Source: an uncultured virus (IMG/VR IMGVR_UViG_3300034061_005432) (Duplodnaviria; Heunggongvirae; Uroviricota; Caudoviricetes). From it: a stretch of DNA of 64,000 nt. The stretch is taken from positions 1-64,000 of the IMG/VR virus record IMGVR_UViG_3300034061_005432; one strand, 5' to 3'. Position numbers and translations under genes: made by a program. The notes beneath the pieces were generated by a model that searched no databases, had not been told where the DNA came from, and saw nothing but the letters and a program-made list of their open reading frames with translations. The stretch's first letter is position 1; each line of letters opens with the position of its first letter. Positions 39,644 through 49,438 of this stretch are shown here, piece by piece.

Positions 39644-40435
39644 TTAGTTCATTAATAATTTTATCCATTTTTCTATGATTTCAGAATTAGTAATTGACTC
39701 TGAATCGTTGTTTGTTGCGAAGTTTCCTTTAAAAATTGTTCCAGTGGATTCGCATTCATCTTTAACAAGTGATGCAACTTCACTTTTTGAAGAAAGGTAA
39801 GCATAATTGATCATGTCGTAAATTTTTTGTTTATCCGAAACAAAACCATATTCAACAACCTTATCATTATCGATAAGAGGTTTTACTTTTTTTTCATAAT
39901 AATTTTGGTCACTAATATTTCCAAACAAATATATTTTCTCCATACCATCTTCAATTGCTCTCTCGATTGAGACATGGGTTTGTTTGTTCTCATCTATAGA
40001 TCCCACAATACCCGCAACATTTTTTACAGATTCATCCTTTTCTTTTTTTTCCAAAACTTCTTTTATGTTTGGTATTATTTCAAAAGGACCATTGTACTGA
40101 TTATGATATTCTCTCTGTTTATTATTTACAAATACAACCGTATCCCAATACTTTTTAATTTTACCAACCTCAAATAAATTTTTTTCGTGACATGATAAAA
40201 TAATCTTTTTTACATTTGGTCTATCACCTAAATTTAAAAAATGAGTTATTACAATATCATTTTCGTATAATCTAAATTTTTCATCTAAAAGTCCTGATTT
40301 GCATTTATCTAAATGCCAAGGGTGTGGACCATAAAAGGTTGTATCTATACCGCTTTCATTAAGTTTATTAGTTAAGTTGATAAATGCGAAAGTTGATCCA
40401 CCTCGGTCACTCCATCCTGAAATTATTTTAACCAT
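39644..40435 (-). CDS. GT-B glycosyltransferase-like protein
   Basis: GGST...L, VGSIDENKQ, SKSEVASLV..E. Confidence 0.6.
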   Translation of the reverse strand: MVKIISGWSDRGGSTFAFINLTNKLNESGIDTTFYGPHPWHLDKCKSGLLDEKFRLYENDIVITHFLNLGDRPNVKKIILSCHEKNLFEVGKIKKYWDTVVFVNNKQREYHNQYNGPFEIIPNIKEVLEKKEKDESVKNVAGIVGSIDENKQTHVSIERAIEDGMEKIYLFGNISDQNYYEKKVKPLIDNDKVVEYGFVSDKQKIYDMINYAYLSSKSEVASLVKDECESTGTIFKGNFATNNDSESITNSEIIEKWIKLLMN

Positions 40436-41519
40436 TTATTATTTTATTGTAACAATTTATTAAATCTCCAACATTTTCAAATTTTGACTCTCTGTACATA
40501 ACATTACATAACGGGTACAAGTTAGTGGCTTCTTTTTTAGACACATCGTCAAAAACATGTATAATGTCATAGTATATTTCTTTTATTTTATATAACTTAT
40601 TAGGTTCAGCAAGAACAAAACCATTAGGTGTGTTTGACCCCCATTTACCGTCACCGATTTTAAAACCATTTGGTTCGGTTATTGGGTATAAATTAATTGA
40701 TTTCCCTTTGAAATGATTAATTGTTTTTTGGTCCAAGATACCACAGAAACTAACATTATATTTTGTTTGGTTTAAAATATCAAGTAGGGGTTTTGACGAC
40801 TCATAGTTTTTAGTATAAATTAGAACCTTTAACCTTGAATTTTTATCTAAATCCATTTTAACTTTCAACGGAAGATTTTCTTTATTATTTTCTGCAAAAA
40901 TAATTCTGTTTTGTTCCCATTGGTCATTTGTTGCTCCGATTGATTTGTGAGTTACTCTTACATCATACATAACTCCAATTTTAACACCTCTAATGAAATT
41001 TCTAAATGAAAAATCAACATCATAAAAGTGAAACCCTTTTATGTTCTCGTTAAATTTTTCTTTGATATTTTTTTTATTTAATGCGATTAAAAGTCCGTCC
41101 ACCAAAACCACATTTTCAATTTGATTCCCTAAACTCTCTGAGTATTTTGACTCCCATTTTTTTCCTCCGTGTTCGTGATTAACAATACCTTTCATTTTAG
41201 AAAAGTCTTCCCACCATTTAGCAGATGAGGGTAGTTGAGTTGACCCGGCAAGACCTAAAATACCATAGTCAGTATTTCTTTTAAAATGTTTAATAATTTT
41301 TGTACCCCAATTTTTACTATCAAAATAAATGTCATCATGACACAATACGACGATATCATTTGTCGATTGTTCCAATATCATATTATATGCTTCAGGTAGT
41401 GAATACTTACCTTCATTTTCAATTGGTATAATCTGCGGATTTGGTACTCCACATGATTTTTTTAATAGTTCAATAAAACCATCATTAATCTTTCTCGTTG
41501 AAAATCCTATAGTAATCAT
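40428..41519 (-). CDS. GT2-like glycosyltransferase
   Basis: YNMIL...VVLCHDD, VDGL, GFHFYDVD. Confidence 0.75.
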   Translation of the reverse strand: MITIGFSTRKINDGFIELLKKSCGVPNPQIIPIENEGKYSLPEAYNMILEQSTNDIVVLCHDDIYFDSKNWGTKIIKHFKRNTDYGILGLAGSTQLPSSAKWWEDFSKMKGIVNHEHGGKKWESKYSESLGNQIENVVLVDGLLIALNKKNIKEKFNENIKGFHFYDVDFSFRNFIRGVKIGVMYDVRVTHKSIGATNDQWEQNRIIFAENNKENLPLKVKMDLDKNSRLKVLIYTKNYESSKPLLDILNQTKYNVSFCGILDQKTINHFKGKSINLYPITEPNGFKIGDGKWGSNTPNGFVLAEPNKLYKIKEIYYDIIHVFDDVSKKEATNLYPLCNVMYRESKFENVGDLINCYNKIING

Positions 41520-42118
41520 TTTAAACCTGTTGACCCAAACCCATTATCATTTCTGTCTTTTTTTCCAATCTCAGAAATTTTCGTTAAATTAACCCACTTA
41601 CCATTTACTACCGGACAGAAAACTGCTTGTGCGACTTTTTGACCTTTTTCTATTTTTACCACTTCGTTTGTTGTGTTAAAAATAATAACCTTAACTTCTC
41701 CTTGGTAACCACTGTCTACAGTTCCTGGTGAGTTTAAAACCATTAATCCTTGATTAAGGGCTAAACCACTTTTAGACCTTACTTGTATTTCGTAACCATC
41801 AGGGATGTCAAATCTTATTCCCGTCGGTATTAGATTTCTACCTAATGGTTGTATCTCAATTTCTTGAGAAGCTCTTAAATCAAATCCCGAATCAGATTCA
41901 TAAGCATATTCAGGATCTTTGTTGTCGGTACTGTTAGTATATTTTAAATTAACTTTTTTTGTTAAGGAATCTTCAAAATACGAATTTAAATCGTCTTCAC
42001 TAACACCCATTGATGATAACATTTGTTCAGGGCTGCTCATATCAATTCCATTGAATTTTCCTTGCAACTCTTTCATTATCTTAACACTCTCTCTTAAATT
42101 TTTAATATTATCAAACAT
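41516..42118 (-). CDS. dut: trimeric dUTPase with an N-terminal extension
   Basis: SGFDL, RSKSGLA, GTVDSGYQGE, AQAV, RNDNGFGSTG. Confidence 0.92.
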   Translation of the reverse strand: MFDNIKNLRESVKIMKELQGKFNGIDMSSPEQMLSSMGVSEDDLNSYFEDSLTKKVNLKYTNSTDNKDPEYAYESDSGFDLRASQEIEIQPLGRNLIPTGIRFDIPDGYEIQVRSKSGLALNQGLMVLNSPGTVDSGYQGEVKVIIFNTTNEVVKIEKGQKVAQAVFCPVVNGKWVNLTKISEIGKKDRNDNGFGSTGLK

Positions 42119-42119
42119 T

Positions 42120-42845
42120 TTATTTTAAAGATTTTAATTTCATTATTGCTTCAATTAAAACATCAACATCCTTTTCACAATATTCTGATATTTCATTTAA
42201 CATGTTATTGCTCCAATATGCCTCGTGAACCATCCCACCATTCACAGGTCCATCTTTAGGTGTTGGGATATCTAAACACGCGCACATTAAATCTAGTGAT
42301 CCAATTGCTGTGTAAGCACCATATTGCCATACTTCTTTAGTATCAATTGCTTTGACTTCCCACGGTTTAGTGTCGTATGAAGGAAGAATTTTAGATGGCT
42401 CCAAACCATTTATGATCATTCTTTTTGCCAACATTGGGATATCAAAGTTCTTTAGGTTATGACCACAAAGATAGAAATCTAATTTGTGGGTTCTATTTAA
42501 CAAGTTTCTAACCTCAGATAAAAGTTTCTGTTCATCATCACCTGAAAAAGTTTGTTTTTTTACTTCACCATTGTCTAAAACAAATGCCATAGAAACACAA
42601 ACTATTTTTGCGAACTCAGGAACAAGAGCCGCTCGTTTTTTAAATACTATATCCATGTGTTCCTCTGTGGTCCTACCCTCTCCGAATTCTTTGTCTTCGG
42701 GAAATCTTTTTAAAAACCAATCAAAGTATTTGTCAAACTGATGTGCGACAGTAGGATTGGTTTTTATACATGATTGGTAATCAGGGCAACCACCAACAGT
42801 TTCAATATCTAAAAATAAAATTTTGGTTAAAGGTACATTTATCAT
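42120..42845 (-). CDS. PolB-related DEDDy 3'-5' exonuclease
   Basis: LFLDIETV, GHNLKNFDIP, YCEKDV. Confidence 0.85.
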   Translation of the reverse strand: MINVPLTKILFLDIETVGGCPDYQSCIKTNPTVAHQFDKYFDWFLKRFPEDKEFGEGRTTEEHMDIVFKKRAALVPEFAKIVCVSMAFVLDNGEVKKQTFSGDDEQKLLSEVRNLLNRTHKLDFYLCGHNLKNFDIPMLAKRMIINGLEPSKILPSYDTKPWEVKAIDTKEVWQYGAYTAIGSLDLMCACLDIPTPKDGPVNGGMVHEAYWSNNMLNEISEYCEKDVDVLIEAIMKLKSLK

Positions 42846-44050
42846 TTTACAAGTGTTTTATATAGTTCAGCTCTGTCTCTTGTCACTTTATTAAGATCGT
42901 ATGTGTCCTTTACGGTCTCATATAATTTTTGACCTAAATCATAAGCCCAATTAGGGTTATCTATTAGTTTCTTCATATATTTTTGCCAATCACTATGATT
43001 TCTAACTTCATCAACCAATAACGCATTACCATCTGTAAATTCACCATTCTTCAATGCATGTTTTAAATCAATACTATAAGGACCAATGTTAGATGCGATA
43101 ATTGCCTTTTTGTAAAAACCCGCCTCAATTACCTTTAATTGTGATTTAACTCTGTTAAAAATGTGATTTTTAATTGGTGCTAACGATACATCGAATAATC
43201 TGTAATTAGAAGCATAACTAGTGACAGGTTTAGTCCATACTCTATGATAAAAAGATTCTTCATCATATGGTTTATCTTCAAATTTCATTAGGAAGTCTTT
43301 GTGGGTAGGGTCAACAAACTGATAGTTGTTTGTAAAAATTTCTTCGTACCGAGCCCAAACAGTTTCTTCAGGTCTAATAGGTCTTTGTTTTTGTTCTTTA
43401 GTTTGTTGGTTAATTTCTGTAACTGTCCCTCTGATATCAAACCCACAAAGATACATTTCAAATTTATCTTGTTGAGGTTTTAGTTTACTAATAGTTCCGT
43501 CAAGTAATTTCAAATCGTGTAAGTGAGATGACCCACCTAACCAACCAAATCTAAGTTTGTCACAAGGTTTTGTTTCGTGTTGGAATTGTGGTTCTTTTGG
43601 GTTAATTGCGTTAGGTAGCACATAAACATTTTTATTTAACTTGCTAATTTCTGCGGCAAAAACAGAAGTTGTTGTTGTCACATGTTGAGCAACTTTTAAG
43701 TTGTTCATAATTTTTTGGTGCAACTTATTTTCGATAACTAATTGGTGAACTGGATGTTCTTTTGTTGGTAACCAATAATCGTCAATATCGGCAATAGTAA
43801 CAATACCCAATAAATTTAACTTTTGTATGAGGTTCACAGAATTATCATAGTCGTGACCTATTGTTCTATGAAAATGAACTATATCGTATTGTTTCCAATA
43901 ATTTAGATCATTTACTTTAGGTTCGTAATCAATATCAACATGAAATTCATCTGAATGATTATTTTGTAGACATACATGTGGATCCACACTTCTAAATTTA
44001 CCAACACCTGTCTTATCTGATGGTAATACCAATACCTTAATTTTACTCAT
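42842..44050 (-). CDS. GT-B glycosyltransferase
   Basis: DIDDYW, GWLGGSSH..DL, DVSLAP...FN..KSQLK.IEAG; start placed at ATG 44050, downstream of the terminator. Confidence 0.8.
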   Translation of the reverse strand: MSKIKVLVLPSDKTGVGKFRSVDPHVCLQNNHSDEFHVDIDYEPKVNDLNYWKQYDIVHFHRTIGHDYDNSVNLIQKLNLLGIVTIADIDDYWLPTKEHPVHQLVIENKLHQKIMNNLKVAQHVTTTTSVFAAEISKLNKNVYVLPNAINPKEPQFQHETKPCDKLRFGWLGGSSHLHDLKLLDGTISKLKPQQDKFEMYLCGFDIRGTVTEINQQTKEQKQRPIRPEETVWARYEEIFTNNYQFVDPTHKDFLMKFEDKPYDEESFYHRVWTKPVTSYASNYRLFDVSLAPIKNHIFNRVKSQLKVIEAGFYKKAIIASNIGPYSIDLKHALKNGEFTDGNALLVDEVRNHSDWQKYMKKLIDNPNWAYDLGQKLYETVKDTYDLNKVTRDRAELYKTLVK

Positions 44051-44089
44051 AAATGAAATTATTTTAAGTAAAAAGTAGGTATTATAAAT

Positions 44090-44117
44090 CAAAAAATCCA
44101 CCCTTGTGAGGTGGATT
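44090..44117 (-). terminator. rho-independent terminator
   Basis: The minus strand reads AATCCACC-TCACAAG-GGTGGATT-TTTT, just after ORF 44123. Confidence 0.8.
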
Positions 44118-44122
44118 ATTTA

Positions 44123-44746
44123 TTATTGTACTAATTTCTTAACTTTCGTGACCCTACCAATAAAAAGGTGATTTCCTACTTTGAATTGTATGGTATCATT
44201 TGAGTTAGTTGTTGACTCAACTAACATACCTGATTGTCGTAATTCTTCTTGGACAACATCTTTTACGGTATCTCTAACAACATCCCTAATCATAGATTTC
44301 ATTTCATTCATATTGAAATTAGATGGTGATGGTTGTTGTTGTGGATTGGTTGTTAAATTCTTAACTGACTGAGGTTGTTGATCTGATGAACTTCTGTTTA
44401 AATTCATCAGCCTTTGTGCTCCCTCAATGACATCATCACTAATTACTGATCCACCATTCATAGAACTAGGTTGAACAATTGGTTGTTCGATCATTAATTT
44501 TTTTATTTCGTCTGGTAATTTTGAATTTTTAATTCTACTCTCCTCGATAGGTTGTGATGGATCAAAACTTGACCTTTGTGGTGTTGATATTTCACTGGCA
44601 AACTCTTGAGGGATATTGTAAGACGCTTGTGGAGTTTGGAAGTTCTCTACCATTGGGGTTGATGGGGTCGCGTTACCCCTTTGGATATTACTATGAGCAT
44701 CCATTATTTTTTTTGACATTGCTAATTTCTGCATTAAATCTGACAT
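44123..44746 (-). CDS. hypothetical protein
   Basis: 207-aa ORF rich in Q/P/S. Confidence 0.7.
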   Translation of the reverse strand: MSDLMQKLAMSKKIMDAHSNIQRGNATPSTPMVENFQTPQASYNIPQEFASEISTPQRSSFDPSQPIEESRIKNSKLPDEIKKLMIEQPIVQPSSMNGGSVISDDVIEGAQRLMNLNRSSSDQQPQSVKNLTTNPQQQPSPSNFNMNEMKSMIRDVVRDTVKDVVQEELRQSGMLVESTTNSNDTIQFKVGNHLFIGRVTKVKKLVQ

Positions 44747-44747
44747 A

Positions 44748-45149
44748 CTATGCTATATTTTCTTCGTTATTAAATTTTGCGTTAACCAAAACTTGTATCA
44801 TAGACCTATCACCATTAGGGTTATATAAAGGTCTAACTTCAGTAAAATTATCCATTGTAGGCTTAAATGTAAATATTTTATCTACTCTGAACAACCTCCA
44901 TCCTGGTAAAATATTACCTTCATTGTTTGCTGAGTATGAAGAACCTTCTCTTTCCCAAGCCCTTAAAACTAAATTGTTTTTTTTACTAAAACCTAAACAT
45001 ACGGGTTCTATGGTGCGATAACCCTTACCTCCGTTATCTTTACCATTATAATATATTGTAATAACTTTCTTATTTTTTACCGCATCAGTAATATCACTGA
45101 TCGCAGCAATTTCTGTTATTAGACCCTTAAGGTTATTTAGAAGTTTCAT
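44748..45149 (-). CDS. stand-alone WYL-domain protein
   Basis: ITIYY...RTIEPVCLG....LRAW...WRLFRVDKI. Confidence 0.7.
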   Translation of the reverse strand: MKLLNNLKGLITEIAAISDITDAVKNKKVITIYYNGKDNGGKGYRTIEPVCLGFSKKNNLVLRAWEREGSSYSANNEGNILPGWRLFRVDKIFTFKPTMDNFTEVRPLYNPNGDRSMIQVLVNAKFNNEENIA

Positions 45150-45439
45150 TGAACAATGTAGTATGGGTTGAAAGAATTATATTTATTAACCTTTATGTCA
45201 TCTTTTCTTTCTGCGACATCGGTACTCGTACCAATATTTTGGTTGTATATATCTAATTCTACACCAGTACCTCTACCAATTTTATCTCCGTTTGCTAACG
45301 CATCAGGATGGACTGGAGAATATTGATCTTCAGTGTTGAAGTCATTTCTTGCAAACAATTTTCTTCTTTGTTCGTCAGCAACTGATGACATTGCATTGCT
45401 AGGTTGACTGAAATCTAATTTATCTGATTGTACTGCCAT
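45146..45439 (-). CDS. hypothetical protein
   Basis: 97-aa ORF in the operon. Confidence 0.65.
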   Translation of the reverse strand: MAVQSDKLDFSQPSNAMSSVADEQRRKLFARNDFNTEDQYSPVHPDALANGDKIGRGTGVELDIYNQNIGTSTDVAERKDDIKVNKYNSFNPYYIVQ

Positions 45440-45442
45440 TTT

Positions 45443-45892
45443 TTAAAATCCCTTTATTAGTTTATTTATTCGTCTGATTTGATTTTCAACCTTCAATTCG
45501 TCGGATGTTGATCCGTGTTTATCGTTAAGATTAAAAGAATTCTTTTCGTGTGAATCAAGGTATTGATTGGCCATACCAGCATCAGACTTAATTTTTTTTG
45601 CTGAATTATCACCATCTCGCCACACTCTTAAAACTTCGTCACACCAAGTTTTCATTCGATCACCCCCATTCAATATGAATGGAGCGTCTTTTTTATCACC
45701 ACTATAAGAATCAAACCAATTTTTAATTCTTTTTATTTGTTGGTATGTTGCAACTTTACTTTTTTGAAACTCTTGGTTTCTATTATAACCTTCTGTATTT
45801 GAATCGGCAGACACAGAATCAAAACAAACCTTTAAGTGTTTGATTAAAGTGTCTGGCAATTTTGCAGTTTTATTATATAAGTTACTGTTCAT
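45443..45892 (-). CDS. hypothetical protein
   Basis: 149-aa ORF in the operon. Confidence 0.65.
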   Translation of the reverse strand: MNSNLYNKTAKLPDTLIKHLKVCFDSVSADSNTEGYNRNQEFQKSKVATYQQIKRIKNWFDSYSGDKKDAPFILNGGDRMKTWCDEVLRVWRDGDNSAKKIKSDAGMANQYLDSHEKNSFNLNDKHGSTSDELKVENQIRRINKLIKGF

Positions 45893-46634
45893 TTTTAATT
45901 AGTTCAATTAACTCTTTTACACTTATGTTATTATCCTTAGCGACTCTCTTCAAAGATTTAATATTCCTCAAAAGCAAATGGTTAATTTCCTTGCTTTTAT
46001 TTTTCAAATCATCGTCATTTGATTTGTTTACTAATGTGTCTTCTATAATGTCTTTTGATTCATCAATTTCTTTTTCTTTAAGAATAAGTCTATCTATGAA
46101 ATTTTTTAACTTGGATATTTTCTTAGGTGCTTTTTTGTCTCTACCTTTTTCTTTTCCTTGGTCTAATGTTCTTTGTGTTGCAGCATCTTTGTCTAAACCT
46201 AATTCTTTTTCAAAATACTTTTCAGTTTCCTTAGCGTCCATAAACTTGGTTTTTTTATAACCAAAGGCTTTCGACATATCTTCTTCTTTTACATGACCTT
46301 CACCATAGTAACCATACCACCCCCTCAAAAGTGGATCTCTTGGGTTTCTAGCTGCTGGCACTATTTGGTCAGTTGTTTTTGTACCGACTCCTGTACTTGC
46401 AGGATCCAAAATAGGAATACTTGACGATAACCAAGTTCCATCCGCATCGATTAATTCGGTAACTTCTTCCTCCTTAGAATCTTCTTTCTCAACCTTAGAT
46501 TTGAATATGTCATGACTTTTACAAGGCATATATTTTCTCTCACCATCTTCGTTATGATAATGAAAGCCTGAGCACCCTAAAGTTTTTGCAACTCTCTCGG
46601 CTCTTTCTTTTGTTGAGTATTTATAACTTTTCAT
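45882..46634 (-). CDS. hypothetical protein with an N-terminal Cys/His module
   Basis: LGCSGFHYH...YMPCKSH; late motif upstream. Confidence 0.65.
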   Translation of the reverse strand: MKSYKYSTKERAERVAKTLGCSGFHYHNEDGERKYMPCKSHDIFKSKVEKEDSKEEEVTELIDADGTWLSSSIPILDPASTGVGTKTTDQIVPAARNPRDPLLRGWYGYYGEGHVKEEDMSKAFGYKKTKFMDAKETEKYFEKELGLDKDAATQRTLDQGKEKGRDKKAPKKISKLKNFIDRLILKEKEIDESKDIIEDTLVNKSNDDDLKNKSKEINHLLLRNIKSLKRVAKDNNISVKELIELIKNEQ

Positions 46635-46647
46635 TGCAGCTTTTACC

Positions 46648-46675
46648 TATAAATACTTCAGTTAAAGTATTTATC
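46648..46675. promoter_or_regulatory. back-to-back divergent late promoter motifs
   Basis: TATAAATA (46648-55, minus-strand motif) and TATTTATC (46668-75), forming the inverted repeat ATAAATACTT-N6-AAGTATTTAT. Confidence 0.65.
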
Positions 46676-46685
46676 ATAAAAAAGT

Positions 46686-48983
46686 ATGCCAACTCAGAAT
46701 CTTAATTCATATTATTACCCAAGGTATAGATCAGTTTTGAACTTTGGTCAGTATTTTGACCTTACACTAGCGTCGGATGAAAGGAACTATAATGAGGAGG
46801 CGGTATTTTCAAACCTATTGATTGGTGAAAATGATGGTAATAGATTGCCAATCAATATTGACCTTTCTAAGTCTGATTGTAGTAGCCAACTAATTATAAA
46901 TTTTGGTCAATATCTTTCAGGTAATACCTTATTATCTAAAAATTATTACAACCCAAACGGTGTTGATATAAATTGTTTTTCTGCGTTTACAGGGGTATGT
47001 GATGTTGGTTTGGTCGCAACAGATAATGGATTGTTTACTGAGATGTCAGGAGAGACTTTGTATTACTCGATGGGTATCAGAAATGATTACAAGTTTCACC
47101 CACATTACTACGATAGAAGATTCAAAATGCATCCTGTGACAGGGTATACATCTTCACCAAATCAAGTATTTTCAGGTAGACCTAAAAATACAATTTATAA
47201 CATAGTATCTAGATACAGTAACTTTGTGGGATATTACCAAGATTTGTACGGTGGATTCTACCAAGGATTTTATAAACTTTTTGGATTTGATTATGAAGTT
47301 TTCCCAGAAAGGGTAAATCAAGGATGGACGGTAGAAATGTTATTAAGACCAAGAAATAATGAGGCATATTCCATTACCACAGGACAAACTTATTTGAATG
47401 GAATCTACAGTGGGAATGCTGGAACTTTTTTTCATTTTGGCACAAGAGCGGAAAATAAATATTATCATTTTGCTTCAGGTAGTCCAGAATCTGATTCGGG
47501 GTATACTAGAACATTTACATCAGGGTTAACTGAAATGAAAACTTGCTCGTGTTCCGATACAGGAGTCACTAATTCTGAATGTCACTACATTTACCCAAAA
47601 AGTGCAACAACTGCGTACCATAACATTGGGTGTGGGTGTGGGGCTTGTACTGAACAACTTCCCGTACCACCTTTAGATCCTATGTTTGATGTGGTATCCA
47701 ACGGACTTTCATTGAGGTTCAGTGGTTGTCCCGCAAACCCAAGAATATGTGTTAAATACATTAAAATCACGGGAGACTGTGTGACTACAGGAACATGTGA
47801 AACAACTGGTGTAACTTTTCAAACGGGATACACAATTACTGAAGTTTGCACAGAACCTATTTATGATGTCTGTGATTATGTATGTACAGCAATTACTCAG
47901 GACCGATGGGTTATGGTAAGTGCCGTTTTTGAACGATATACAGCAATTGAGGATTGTGACCTATTGAACTTAGGTGGATTGAATGATGTTAGGGTTGAAA
48001 CATACCAATCAAGTATAAATGGAACAACTTATAACTTGATAATGCCTCCAGAAACACATTCAGGTGATACGAAAGAAAATAAAGTTTACCAAGTTAAATT
48101 TGATCACAAATGGTTCGATGATGCATGGTACCGAATGGGAAGACTTAAAATTTATGCTAACGGATATCTATTTTTGGTTATTGAAAATTTTGAAGAGATA
48201 ATACCAAGAGAATTAAACACCGAAAAGGAAAAACAAATTGGAGTACCATTTAATATTTCATTTGGGGGAGGGTCTCAAGGATTACACGACCATTTAATAT
48301 TTTCATCTTCAACTTTACCATACGGACCTTATCAACAGGATCCGGAACTATTTCCCAATAACATACTTTCTGCAACAACTTTTAGTGCGTTATCGACAAA
48401 CATTTTAGTAGAACAAACTTTTGGTGGATCATTTATGGGAGGTATTTCACAATTTAGAATGTATACCGAACCTTTACAATCTCCTTCTATACAACATAAC
48501 TTTAGAATATTAGAACAACAATATCAACTTTTCAATTATTGGTGTCCTAACTGTTTGAATCCATCTACACCGACACCAACACCAGGAGCGACCCCTACAC
48601 CGACACCAACACCAACAATGACTCCTACCCCAACACCAACCCCTACGCTTAATATTCAACCAACTTTTTGGGCAAGTTACAGAATGTCAGATAATGATAA
48701 TACACCATGGAACTCATTTATTTATGTTGCAAACGCTCAAGCAGCCCAAGTAATAGTATGTAATAATAATTCGTATGCCGGAATGATAGGAACTATCACA
48801 GGCCCCCTATCTGTTGGTTCATTTGTTGGTGGGTTTTATGATTCTAGTAGTCCGTTTGGTGAGGGTAATTATATAGTAAGTAACAATGGTGTAATTGCGT
48901 ATGGCCTTTATCAATTATATTGGGTTGTAATAAATGCTAGCGGCATAGTTACTGAATATGTACCATTAAATCCACCTTGTTAA
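46686..48983 (+). CDS. putative virion protein with a LamG/ConA-like fold, PT linker and C-terminal domain
   Basis: WTVEMLLRP...FMGGISQFRMY pattern, Cys-rich inserts and a (TP)n linker. Confidence 0.6.
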   Translation: MPTQNLNSYYYPRYRSVLNFGQYFDLTLASDERNYNEEAVFSNLLIGENDGNRLPINIDLSKSDCSSQLIINFGQYLSGNTLLSKNYYNPNGVDINCFSAFTGVCDVGLVATDNGLFTEMSGETLYYSMGIRNDYKFHPHYYDRRFKMHPVTGYTSSPNQVFSGRPKNTIYNIVSRYSNFVGYYQDLYGGFYQGFYKLFGFDYEVFPERVNQGWTVEMLLRPRNNEAYSITTGQTYLNGIYSGNAGTFFHFGTRAENKYYHFASGSPESDSGYTRTFTSGLTEMKTCSCSDTGVTNSECHYIYPKSATTAYHNIGCGCGACTEQLPVPPLDPMFDVVSNGLSLRFSGCPANPRICVKYIKITGDCVTTGTCETTGVTFQTGYTITEVCTEPIYDVCDYVCTAITQDRWVMVSAVFERYTAIEDCDLLNLGGLNDVRVETYQSSINGTTYNLIMPPETHSGDTKENKVYQVKFDHKWFDDAWYRMGRLKIYANGYLFLVIENFEEIIPRELNTEKEKQIGVPFNISFGGGSQGLHDHLIFSSSTLPYGPYQQDPELFPNNILSATTFSALSTNILVEQTFGGSFMGGISQFRMYTEPLQSPSIQHNFRILEQQYQLFNYWCPNCLNPSTPTPTPGATPTPTPTPTMTPTPTPTPTLNIQPTFWASYRMSDNDNTPWNSFIYVANAQAAQVIVCNNNSYAGMIGTITGPLSVGSFVGGFYDSSSPFGEGNYIVSNNGVIAYGLYQLYWVVINASGIVTEYVPLNPPC
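48561..48647 (+). repeat. Pro-Thr coding repeat (linker)
   Basis: PSTPTPTPGATPTPTPTPTMTPTPTPTPT. Confidence 0.85.
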
Positions 48984-48996
48984 TTTAATATAATAT

Positions 48997-49350
48997 ATGG
49001 AATTTTTTATAAATCAAAACTCAACATTACCAATTCTAAAAATGGATGTCGTATTCGATGGAAGAACTGACGCATACAAAGAATTTTATTCAATTTTAGA
49101 TAATGCGAATATTAGATTTTCAATGACTTTAGAAAGTAACGGGGCCGAAAAAATATCAATGCAACCCGCGTATTTAGTGGAAAAAGATAAAACATCTGCA
49201 GAATCAACTCAAGAATATTACATTTATTACAAATGGAAAACTAAGGACACCAATAGACCAGGTAGATACAAAGGTGAATTTTCCATAACCTTAGATAATG
49301 GAGAATTGATAGTACCAATAAGAGAAAATCTTTACATCAATATTATTTGA
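48997..49350 (+). CDS. BppU N-terminal-like Ig-fold protein
   Basis: FFINQNSTLP.L...YKW...DT..PGRY.GEF.I.....L..P. Confidence 0.55.
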   Translation: MEFFINQNSTLPILKMDVVFDGRTDAYKEFYSILDNANIRFSMTLESNGAEKISMQPAYLVEKDKTSAESTQEYYIYYKWKTKDTNRPGRYKGEFSITLDNGELIVPIRENLYINII

Positions 49351-49375
49351 CAAGGGTAAATTTTACACTTATATT
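49347..49375 (+). promoter_or_regulatory. sigma70-like promoter for the DNA polymerase
   Basis: TTGACA-N17-TATATT. Confidence 0.65.
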
Positions 49376-49438
49376 TTAGACAAAGGTAAATGTTACACTC
49401 ATGTGACAGCTAATACGCCAAACTTAAATATAAAAATT

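Noticed and set aside
25564..44050. Host O-antigen locus (bacterial contamination or prophage boundary)
   Set aside because: Interleaved and coupled with phage-type genes (sigma, PhoH, dUTPase), flanked by virion genes, with similar composition and no wzx/wzy.
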